A DNA stretch of 28,817 nt, from positions 1-28,817 of the forward strand of contig DASTIZ010000393.1 in the NCBI GenBank assembly GCA_035717045.1. The letters run 5' to 3'. The notes under the pieces were generated by a model that saw only the letters and a list, made by a program, of their open reading frames with translations, made no database searches and was not told where the DNA came from. Source of the DNA: Chitinophagaceae bacterium. GTDB lineage: Bacteria > Bacteroidota > Bacteroidia > Chitinophagales > Chitinophagaceae. Position numbers and translations under genes: made by a program. This document shows, one piece after another, positions 8,307 through 16,327 of this stretch (position 1 is the first letter of the stretch; each line of letters starts with the position of its first letter).

Positions 8307-8314
8307 CAAAGATA
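8307..8314 (-). promoter_or_regulatory. Candidate -7 element for xdhC-mocA
   Basis: Minus strand TATCTTTG, about 130 nt upstream of xdhC. No clear -33 box. Confidence 0.4.
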
Positions 8315-8352
8315 AAGCTATTTATCCCCCTCGGAGAAGGTCTGATGGTGGA

Positions 8353-8689
8353 CTCCGATGGAGGAACAGATTTCAATTTTCGATTCTTAATAACCTGGAG
8401 CAAAATTGAAAACATCTGGTCGTATCCGTGAACCATTCGAATTTCCAATACGGGTAAGCCCCCTGTCCCCCCGATGGGGGAACTTAGATTTCAATTTTCC
8501 ATTCTTAATAACCTGGATCAAAATTGATAAACACCTGGTCGTATCCGTAAACCCTTCGAATTTCCAATACGGGTAAGCCCTCTGTCCCCCCGATGGGGGA
8601 ACTTAGATTTCATTTTTCCATTCTTAATAACCTGGATCAAAATTGATAAACATCTGGTCGTATCCGTGAACCATTCGAATTTCCAATAC
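8353..8689 (+). repeat. Tandem repeat, period 118-119 bp, about 2.8 copies, with REP-like hairpins between near-identical linkers
   Basis: The linker AGATTTCA...TTCTTAATAACCTGGA...GGTCGTATCCGT...TTCGAATTTCCAATAC starts at 8368, 8486 and 8605, with about 4 differences per ~84 bp. Separators are GGGTAAGCCC(C/T)CTGTCCCCCCGATGGGGGAACTT. Confidence 0.92.
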
Positions 8690-8704
8690 AGTTAATTTTC
8701 TCTT

Positions 8705-8726
8705 CTTCCCATTGGGAAGGGGCTTT
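8705..8726 (-). repeat. REP-like hairpin closing the array
   Basis: CTTCCC-ATT-GGGAAG followed by GGGCTTT; the minus strand reads AAAGCCCCTTCCCAATGGGAAG. Confidence 0.55.
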
Positions 8727-8812
8727 AGCAGAGCTTACAACTATGAGCAAAGGTTGTTGGGGTTGGGCTTTTTCTTCGTACCTTAATGCCCTCTTTTATC
8801 AAACAACTTCTT

Positions 8813-9286
8813 ATGGCATCCTATAACCTTTCTATTAATGGAAAAACGTATAAAGTAGAAGCAGATCCAAAAATGCCTTTGCTTTGGGTGATCCGTGATC
8901 TTGCAGGTCTCCATGGTACCAAATACGGATGCGGTATAGCACAATGCGGTGCCTGTACCGTACATATAAATGGTAATCCCGTTCGTTCCTGCACCTTACC
9001 TGTCTCTTCTGCTGCCAAGCAAAGGATCACAACCATTGAAGGACTCTCGGAAGATAATACTCATGCCGTGCAGAAAGCATGGCTTACTGAGCAAGTGCCT
9101 CAATGCGGCTATTGTCAAAGCGGGCAGATCATGGCGGCGGCTGCTTTATTAAAGCGTAATCCCAATCCTACCGACCAGGATATCGATAATGCAATGACCG
9201 GGCATATTTGCCGTTGCGGTACCTATCCCCGTATTCGCAAAGCGATAAAAACCGCAGCACAGATCATGGCCAAAGCTTCTAACTAA
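8813..9286 (+). CDS. iorA: (2Fe-2S)-binding subunit of isoquinoline 1-oxidoreductase / aldehyde oxidoreductase family (IorA-like)
   Basis: [34 protein letters not shown] (two 2Fe-2S sites). ATG at 8813 preferred over 8786. Confidence 0.92.
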   Translation: MASYNLSINGKTYKVEADPKMPLLWVIRDLAGLHGTKYGCGIAQCGACTVHINGNPVRSCTLPVSSAAKQRITTIEGLSEDNTHAVQKAWLTEQVPQCGYCQSGQIMAAAALLKRNPNPTDQDIDNAMTGHICRCGTYPRIRKAIKTAAQIMAKASN

Positions 9287-9300
9287 CAAAACTTATTACA

Positions 9301-11472
9301 ATGCAAACGACAGATAAAAATCTTTCACGCAGAAATTTTATCCGCATTAGCGGAATGACCGGCGCTGCATTAACCATTGGCTATGCAATGCCAACGCTCG
9401 CAAATGGAGTGGCTGAAATTTTTACCGCTGAAAAGGCAAGTGAGCAGGGCATTGAGCTCACTGCATGGATATCGATAGATAAGACGGGCAAAGTTACCAT
9501 ACTCAACCATCGCTCCGAAATGGGGCAAGGTTCTTTCCAGGCAGTGCCTCAAATGATTGCCGAGGAACTGGAAGTGTCTCTTGATAATGTAAATATTGGT
9601 TTCGCCCAGGGTAGCCAGACAAAATATGGCAGTCAGCTTACTGGCGGAAGTTCAACTGTCCGCGGTGCATATAAGACCTTGCTCCGGACCGGCGCTACCG
9701 CAAGGGAAATGTTGATCGAGGCGGCAGCAAAGAAATGGAACACGAACAGAATTGATTGTTATGCTGATAATGGATTTGTAATTCATAAACCAACCGGGAA
9801 GAAATTCAGTTATGGGGAATTGGTTGAAGAGGCATCGAAATTGACTCCGCCAAAGGATGTTAAGCTAAAAAGACGTGAAGAATATAAAATCGTAGGAAAG
9901 CCGCTGGCAAGACAAGACAATCCCGATAAGATAAATGGCAAAGCACAATTTGGTCTTGATGTTAAGTTGCCCGGAATGTTATATGCAGTTATTGAACGCA
10001 ACCCGCGTTTCAAAGGAAAAGTAAAAAGTTTCGATGGTGCTGCAGCGTTGAAAGTGCCCGGTGTAAAAAAAGTAGTAAAGACATCGGCCCCGGTATTTGC
10101 TCATGAAAGAGAAGGTGTAGCCGTGATCGCGGACTCGCTCTGGGCGGCAGTTGAAGGTCGTAAAGCCTTAAAAGTAGAGTGGGACGACTCGGGCTTTGAA
10201 CATTTGAGTACAGAACAATTGTATAGCCGGATGAAGGAAGATCTGAAAAAGACTGTACTCTCCCAACGCACAGGTGGAAACCCTGATGGAGTTTATCAAA
10301 AAGCAGAAAAAAAACTTGAAGCTATTTATGAAACGCCATATGAAGCGCATGCCTGTATGGAACCTTTGACATGTACTGCCCATGTTCAGGGAGATAAAAC
10401 TGAAATTTGGGGACCGATACAGGCACCTGATTGGATACAACAGGATGTAAGCGGGAGATTGAAAACAAAACCCGAAAATGTTATCGTGAACATGACCTTT
10501 CTTGGGGGCGGCTTTGGTAGAAAAGCATTTATGGATTACACATATGAGCCGGTACTGCTTTCAAAAGAAATGAATGCACCGGTGCAGGTGGTTTGGACGA
10601 GAGAGGATGATATGACGCAGGGACCATTCCGTCCCGGGGCAGTGTACGAATGTAAAGGTAGTGTCAATAATGGTGGAAGGATCAGTTCCTTCCAGGCAAA
10701 GATGGCGGCACAGAACATGAACCATCAATGGTCGCCGGTACCGGATAAAACTATTTTCAACGACAGCACTACAGAAGGGTTCCTGGAAACATATTTTAAA
10801 AGTTTGCCGAATTATAGTTTTGGAGATGTGCCGACTGAATCGCCAATACCGGTTATGTGGTGGCGCTCGGTTTATTCTTCAACTAATGGTTTTGCTTACG
10901 AGAGTTTTCTGGACGAACTGGCTCACTTAGCCGGTAAAGATCCGTTGGAGTTTCGCATGAATCATTTCGCAGATGAAAGATATCGCCCGCTTGCAGAAAA
11001 ACTGCGTGACGTTAGCGGGTGGGCGGCAAAAGGTAAGAATGAAGGTTGGGGCGTAGCGATTACCGAATGTTTCGAGAGTATAGTAGGTGAAGTTGTAAAG
11101 GTCTCAAAAAAGCCGGATGGAAAATTAAAGGTCGATAAGGTATTTGCCGTAATGGATTGTGGCTGGTATGTAAATCCTGATATCATCAAAGCTCAAATTG
11201 AAGGAAGTATCATTATGGCCTATGGTGCGGCTCTTACTCATGAAACTCATTTCCAGGATGGCAAGGCAGTAGAAACCAATTTTCATCAATACCGGATGCC
11301 GCGGATCAATGAAACACCGGAGATCGAAGTACACATAATGGATAATGAGGAAAAACCAGGCGGTGTTGGTGAGCCTGCACTACCACCATTTGCGCCGGCC
11401 TTGTGTAATGCGATTTTCGATCTTACAGGTAAGAGGGTAAGAAAACTTCCTTTTAATATTAGTGAGATATAA
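9301..11472 (+). CDS. iorB: Xanthine dehydrogenase family molybdopterin-binding subunit (IorB-like) with Tat signal
   Basis: N-terminal LSRRNFIRISG twin-arginine motif, RSEMGQG, TGGSSTV, HACMEP, LGGGFGRK, WWRSV, AQIEGS, GGVGEP (catalytic Glu motif). Confidence 0.92.
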   Translation: MQTTDKNLSRRNFIRISGMTGAALTIGYAMPTLANGVAEIFTAEKASEQGIELTAWISIDKTGKVTILNHRSEMGQGSFQAVPQMIAEELEVSLDNVNIGFAQGSQTKYGSQLTGGSSTVRGAYKTLLRTGATAREMLIEAAAKKWNTNRIDCYADNGFVIHKPTGKKFSYGELVEEASKLTPPKDVKLKRREEYKIVGKPLARQDNPDKINGKAQFGLDVKLPGMLYAVIERNPRFKGKVKSFDGAAALKVPGVKKVVKTSAPVFAHEREGVAVIADSLWAAVEGRKALKVEWDDSGFEHLSTEQLYSRMKEDLKKTVLSQRTGGNPDGVYQKAEKKLEAIYETPYEAHACMEPLTCTAHVQGDKTEIWGPIQAPDWIQQDVSGRLKTKPENVIVNMTFLGGGFGRKAFMDYTYEPVLLSKEMNAPVQVVWTREDDMTQGPFRPGAVYECKGSVNNGGRISSFQAKMAAQNMNHQWSPVPDKTIFNDSTTEGFLETYFKSLPNYSFGDVPTESPIPVMWWRSVYSSTNGFAYESFLDELAHLAGKDPLEFRMNHFADERYRPLAEKLRDVSGWAAKGKNEGWGVAITECFESIVGEVVKVSKKPDGKLKVDKVFAVMDCGWYVNPDIIKAQIEGSIIMAYGAALTHETHFQDGKAVETNFHQYRMPRINETPEIEVHIMDNEEKPGGVGEPALPPFAPALCNAIFDLTGKRVRKLPFNISEI

Positions 11473-11524
11473 AGTTTAAGGGACTAGAATCCAGATTCAA
11501 GAATCAAGGCATAAGGATGAACCT

Positions 11525-11935
11525 TCACTCTTTCTTTCGTTCTGCTTTTACTTGTGCGGGTGATATGTAGGGGTACTTATTTCCCCAACTGTTTCTTACA
11601 TAGTTCAATACATCGGCAATCTGCTGGTCGTCCAGGTAATCCATTGGGTTCATGATCGCATTGTATGTTTTTCCATTCACAACCACTTCACCGGTTTGCC
11701 CATAAAGTATTATCCCGATATTCTTTTTTGCATCTTTCAGATAGGTGGTTTTTGCCAATGGCGGGTTCACGCCTTCCATTCCCTCACCATTTTCCATGTG
11801 GCAATTCTGGCAATGGAGAATATAAACGTCCTTACCTCTTTTCATGCTCTCCTTAAGGTTTTGTGAAGGAGTGACAAAAGACAAAACCGCCGAAGCCGAT
11901 ATAAAAATCCCTGAAAACAAAATCGATTTTTTCAT
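11525..11935 (-). CDS. Monoheme c-type cytochrome (exported)
   Basis: Signal peptide, CQNCH heme motif, NPPLA, Met candidates in AIMNPM, IADVLNYVRNSWGN. ATG at 11935 preferred. Confidence 0.9.
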   Translation of the reverse strand: MKKSILFSGIFISASAVLSFVTPSQNLKESMKRGKDVYILHCQNCHMENGEGMEGVNPPLAKTTYLKDAKKNIGIILYGQTGEVVVNGKTYNAIMNPMDYLDDQQIADVLNYVRNSWGNKYPYISPAQVKAERKKE

Positions 11936-12065
11936 TGCAAATATTTTTGAGCAGCGATTCCTGGTGCGCATACAGGAACAGGCAATTTACAGCACCATGA
12001 TGTTAAATCAAAAAGAAAGGTTGTATGCTGATCATACAACCTTGGAGCTGGGAAATCCCGGAAAA

Positions 12066-12356
12066 TCAATTGTCTGCTTCTTCCTTTACAAGTTTACCCG
12101 TCCCGTCAAATTCCGCCTTCATTTTCTTGCCGTCGATCGTAAACTTTGCCTTATAAGTTTGAATACTGTCTTCCTTAGCATCCTCCCAGCTTACGTCGGT
12201 CGCTGTGGAATATTTTGCACTAAAAGCGGTCTTTACGGTAGCAGGTACATCACTTTCTGACATAGGTTTATCACCGTTGTTGTCGTCTTCAGTGTTGCAC
12301 GATTGTACACTTAGTAATGAAAGACAAATAACCAGGCTAAAAAAAATCCTTTTCAT
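12066..12356 (-). CDS. Lipoprotein with PepSY-like / beta-lactamase-inhibitor-like repeat
   Basis: Lipobox-like SVQS-C, followed by VPATVKTAFSAKYSTATDVSWE...YKAKF...KAEFDGTGKL. Confidence 0.75.
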   Translation of the reverse strand: MKRIFFSLVICLSLLSVQSCNTEDDNNGDKPMSESDVPATVKTAFSAKYSTATDVSWEDAKEDSIQTYKAKFTIDGKKMKAEFDGTGKLVKEEADN

Positions 12357-12381
12357 AATAAATAGTTTGCAGTAAAAAGCA

Positions 12382-12389
12382 CAAATGTA
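12382..12389 (-). promoter_or_regulatory. Candidate -7 element for the lipoprotein gene
   Basis: Minus strand TACATTTG, 25 nt upstream of the ATG. Confidence 0.4.
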
Positions 12390-12549
12390 ATGCCGGGCAG
12401 CCCCCGAAGCAGGCGACTATGATAATGCTGTCCATTCACCTTCATCGGGATTCATTTACCAGGTTTCAAAGTTCAGTTTGATACCATTGTAGTGCAGCCG
12501 GACTGATCTTAGATCTATTAGTATTCATGCAAAAGGTTTGAAACGGGGT

Positions 12550-12587
12550 AAAAAAAAGGAGCCCATAAACTTATGTTTAAAAGCTCC
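12550..12587 (-). terminator. Possible intrinsic terminator after the 12633-12845 ORF
   Basis: GGAGC/GCTCC outer stem and CATAA/TTATG inner stem next to an A8 run (a U8 tail on the minus strand). The stem is weak. Confidence 0.3.
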
Positions 12588-12632
12588 CGGTATATATAGA
12601 GTGCTTGAATGATCAGAACTCTTGTTCAGGAC

Positions 12633-12845
12633 TCAAGCATTAAATTCATAGCGACGTTTATAGAAACCTGGATTCGACTCAGGATATTTTTCAAACAGGT
12701 TGCCAGCGATAAGGAGTAATTTACTCAGCATCCTTTGCTTCTGGGTTCTGTCTTGAACTCCCGAGTCAGTTGGTATTTTCTCCTCACTGAAGGGACTCTC
12801 GCTATACTGGAGTATCATATCATCCAAAGTTGAATTCGATATCAT
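12633..12845 (-). CDS. Small hypothetical protein (61-70 aa)
   Basis: The main ORF candidate in a 730-bp gap, co-oriented with its neighbours and followed by a terminator-like hairpin. No motif recognised. Alternative ATG at 12818. Confidence 0.4.
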   Translation of the reverse strand: MISNSTLDDMILQYSESPFSEEKIPTDSGVQDRTQKQRMLSKLLLIAGNLFEKYPESNPGFYKRRYEFNA

Positions 12846-13087
12846 ATAGAATTAGTTTAATGGCCGGTGCAATTACGATCGTAAAACAATCGTGCCAGAA
12901 TTATATTTTGATATTAAGACATGTGAATAACTGTAGAGAACTCAACGTTCCGGGCAACGTAAAACCAACAAACAGTGTATTGATATCACCCAAAACCGGC
13001 GCGGGCACCTTTAAGAATGAAAATTAATAAAGGATATAGTTTATCTACATCCTTTTTGTTTCTATGAGAGTGAGATCAAATCAGGCT

Positions 13088-16000
13088 TTACCATCCTGGT
13101 ATAAGATTCACTCCAAAGCTTGAATTTCTAAAACCACCATTTTGCCAGGGTATTGCATAATACGGTTCGATAATAAGATATCCGAAAAAGTTTAGCCTCA
13201 TCGATATGCCACTGCTCAGGATAAATTTTGTGTTACGCTGCTCGGGATTGATCTTACCATCACCCGGTGAGCGTGGATTGCCCCATGCCATTCCACCGTC
13301 AGTAAATAAATTCAATTCTGTGAAAATTAATCTTGAACGAATGGCAGAAAGTCGTTCCGGGCCGGTGAAGGGGAAACGCAGTTCTGCATTTGTCACGAAT
13401 ATCCTGCTACCTAAAAGGTCATTGATACTTATCTTGTCAGAATTTTCCGTAGCAAAATCAAGTGCATGATAGCCACGAATAAAATACGGGTTTCCGATAT
13501 AGTAAGGAGGCAGAATTCCGCTTTCAGCATCTCTGCCAAAACGGGCAGCATACATATTGCGTGTCGCAATCGTGAAAGGCGCAGCGCGGAAATATTTTCT
13601 GAAATCACCCATAATGGTTTCAAGATTGGCAATACCGAAATATTTCCCGGCTTCAAAACGAAAACGATGACCCGTTAACGGAGATGCTACACCAAATTGT
13701 GAATTGTCACCGACATAAGCCAGGTATACCTGGCCAAAGTTAAATCCCTTAGGTGTTGGCAATTTTTCTCTCTGGTTGCCAATATAAAATTGCAAGTCGG
13801 TTGTATAATAATCCGTGTACCGGTCAAGCCGGTAATAGTATCGGGCAAATGATCCGCCTAATTCCAATCGTCGCGTTTGTGAAAAGGGATAAGACGCAAA
13901 CAGGGAACCCTGGTCTTCAAAAGTGCGAAGAATATCCGTGGAAAGGTTTGCAACCTGCATGGTATCAGAGTCAAGAACGAGGGTATCAAGCGATAATCTT
14001 TGCATACCCGACATATACGGTATATGCGAGACCGCGGCACCCCAATTTATACGTTGATTCTGGTTGAAATAAGCAAACTGGCCTCCGAAATCATAGACTT
14101 CACCATTTATAGAAAGCATTGTATAAAGCTGGTGGTTCCCCAGCATATCACTGAATATTCCAAGAACGCCGCCGCCTGCCTGTGGTCCAAATGATCCGCC
14201 TGTTGATACTCCGACACCCCCATTGTTACTTAAGTAATCCAACTGGAATTTTGACCGGTATGGTTTGCTTACTAATTGGGTTTCGGGTACAACACCAAAC
14301 TGAGTATTTTCAATATTCGCCTGCACAATGTTTGCGCCGGTCCTGTTCAAGGGAGGAAGTATATCAGCTTGTCTACCCGCGACAGCATGATCCACGTTTG
14401 TTTTTTTAAAATCGCTGGTTGTTGCGGAATAGATTGTATACTCACCTTTTTGAGTGTAATAGCTATAGACAATCTGTCCTGTTTCTCTTGAAGCGCTGAT
14501 AGCCGGTGCAAATAGGGTTATGCCGGTAATGCCGGTGTACAAATTAGTCAGCTGAGATATTTCCTTTGTTTCAATATTATAGGAGTATAAATTTCTAAAT
14601 CCATCCTGGTCAGATAGAAAATAGATGTTGTTATTGTCGTTTCCAAAAACGGGGTTCAAATTATTTGCGTCAGGGAAAAAGTCAAGCATTTCCACATGGC
14701 CTGTCGCTACATTATACAATGCTATATTATGCCAGTATTGGTGCTGCACTGCTTTGTTTCCTATGCTCAACCTATCAGTAGCAAATACGATCCATTTTCC
14801 ATCGGGCGAAAAAGAAGGGGAAAGATCTGCATAACGGTCATTGGTCAGTCGTTTAACGGTTTTAGTGTTCAGGTTGTAGGAATAAAGATCAGACTGGCCA
14901 TCAACCAAACCGGTTAACACGATGGTATTGCCGTCTGGCGACCATGCCGGGTTACTGAATCCATTGATACCCGGGATATCGATCTGGCGTTGCAGCTTTC
15001 CATCCTCATCAACAATAAGCAAACGATTTCTTCCTTTGGCAAAAGCTACAAAAGCAATTTGCCTGCTATCTGGCGACCATGCGACTGATGATTCATAAGA
15101 ACTGTATTCATCAATATGTGACGTGAAAGAATTGGTTGTGAGTTTTTTTATTATACGGCCAGTAGCAGCCTCGGCCAGGTAAAGGTCGATATTGAAAATG
15201 TCCTTTTCAGTCCAGAAGGCGATCAATCTTCCATCCGGGCTGATCGAGGGAACGACATTTAACTTGCCCGCATTTCTTCTGTTTATAAGTTCATTGCCAG
15301 GCGCCATTAAGGAATGTGTTTGTTGATACTGACTATAAGCATTTATAATTGCATCTTTCCATTTCTGCGAAAAAACTTTTTCATCCATGCCCAAAACTTT
15401 TTTGAAGGCTTCTCTGTATCCATCTCTTGCGGTTGCAAAAAAGAGCGGGCGGATAATATTATCGCCCCAGATACCGGTGACATAGGCCCAGAAGGCTTCA
15501 CCCCAGCGATAAGGAAAATAGAGATCGGGTTTATTATTCAGGTCTTTTATCGCGGGCAGGCGATTATCAGCAACTGCACTTCTCAACCAAAGTGCAGTCA
15601 ATGCATCGCGATAACCAATCGACATATATTCTGCAAGTCCTTCGACCATCCATAGTGGCAAATTCTCCAATGACCGGAGCGATAATGAATCAGATTCTTT
15701 CACCATCAGGTATTGAAACACATGTACGAGCTCGTGACCGGTAACATGATCAGTCTGCGCGTTTGATTCCATAAAGGGGAGTATGACCCTGTTCTTTAGG
15801 GCTTCCGTTACCCCGCCGGTACCAACGCCGATCAGGCCACTGATCACGTTAGTTTGCTGGAAGTCTGCATGGGTGTTATACACAATAAATGGATTACGTG
15901 CCCTGAATGTATCCCTGAAGATTTGTAAGTGCATTCGATACCACTGCTCAAGGTCCTGGGCATAACGATTTCTGGTTGAGGTATTTTTGAGGTAATGATA

Positions 16001-16165
16001 CAGCTCAAAATGCGGCGATTGCAAAACCTCGAACTGGAGTTTGTTATAATTCACTTTATTTCTTCCGAAATATTGCGCGGGTATTTTTATTGAAATAGTT
16101 AGCAGGCAGGAAGCGAAAATAAAAGCGATAGGGAGCTTTCGAGGGAAAGATTTGCAGATAATCAT
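13088..16165 (-). CDS. Outer-membrane protein: N-terminal zincin (peptidase MA-like) domain, PD40/TolB-like beta-propeller and C-terminal Omp85 (BamA/TamA-like) barrel
   Basis: Signal peptide then QYFGRNKV; GHELVH plus WMVEGLAEY; repeated P-[AS]-[WFI]-SPDG/DS blades; Omp85 motifs IRGY, NAELRFP and LFTDGG; terminal aromatic W. Confidence 0.85.
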   Translation of the reverse strand: MIICKSFPRKLPIAFIFASCLLTISIKIPAQYFGRNKVNYNKLQFEVLQSPHFELYHYLKNTSTRNRYAQDLEQWYRMHLQIFRDTFRARNPFIVYNTHADFQQTNVISGLIGVGTGGVTEALKNRVILPFMESNAQTDHVTGHELVHVFQYLMVKESDSLSLRSLENLPLWMVEGLAEYMSIGYRDALTALWLRSAVADNRLPAIKDLNNKPDLYFPYRWGEAFWAYVTGIWGDNIIRPLFFATARDGYREAFKKVLGMDEKVFSQKWKDAIINAYSQYQQTHSLMAPGNELINRRNAGKLNVVPSISPDGRLIAFWTEKDIFNIDLYLAEAATGRIIKKLTTNSFTSHIDEYSSYESSVAWSPDSRQIAFVAFAKGRNRLLIVDEDGKLQRQIDIPGINGFSNPAWSPDGNTIVLTGLVDGQSDLYSYNLNTKTVKRLTNDRYADLSPSFSPDGKWIVFATDRLSIGNKAVQHQYWHNIALYNVATGHVEMLDFFPDANNLNPVFGNDNNNIYFLSDQDGFRNLYSYNIETKEISQLTNLYTGITGITLFAPAISASRETGQIVYSYYTQKGEYTIYSATTSDFKKTNVDHAVAGRQADILPPLNRTGANIVQANIENTQFGVVPETQLVSKPYRSKFQLDYLSNNGGVGVSTGGSFGPQAGGGVLGIFSDMLGNHQLYTMLSINGEVYDFGGQFAYFNQNQRINWGAAVSHIPYMSGMQRLSLDTLVLDSDTMQVANLSTDILRTFEDQGSLFASYPFSQTRRLELGGSFARYYYRLDRYTDYYTTDLQFYIGNQREKLPTPKGFNFGQVYLAYVGDNSQFGVASPLTGHRFRFEAGKYFGIANLETIMGDFRKYFRAAPFTIATRNMYAARFGRDAESGILPPYYIGNPYFIRGYHALDFATENSDKISINDLLGSRIFVTNAELRFPFTGPERLSAIRSRLIFTELNLFTDGGMAWGNPRSPGDGKINPEQRNTKFILSSGISMRLNFFGYLIIEPYYAIPWQNGGFRNSSFGVNLIPGW

Positions 16166-16327
16166 AGTAATCGGTTTAATAAAAACCGACCTGCAAACTT
16201 TGAACCACTTACAGCGCGAAGTTGTGGCTACTGCGCAACTCTCTGGTTCAGAAAAAGTTTTTTAAGAAATTTTTGCAAAAGGCTTCCCGTGTAAACCCGG
16301 ACGGGGTGTAATTTTTTCAACGGGAGC

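Noticed and set aside
8134-8409. 91-aa plus-strand ORF in the xdhC/iorA spacer
   Set aside because: It overlaps the xdhC start and runs into the tandem repeat; the repeat period is not a multiple of three.
8353-8689. CRISPR array or type III toxin-antitoxin repeat array
   Set aside because: The segments between hairpins are near-identical ~84-bp copies rather than unique spacers, and there is no cas or ToxN/AbiQ-like gene nearby.
11844-12260. 138-aa plus-strand ORF
   Set aside because: It is antisense to both the cytochrome c and lipoprotein genes and has no motif.
16286-16305. Terminator after fadD (CCCGT/ACGGG)
   Set aside because: Only a 5-bp stem with a 10-nt loop and no adjacent U-run.
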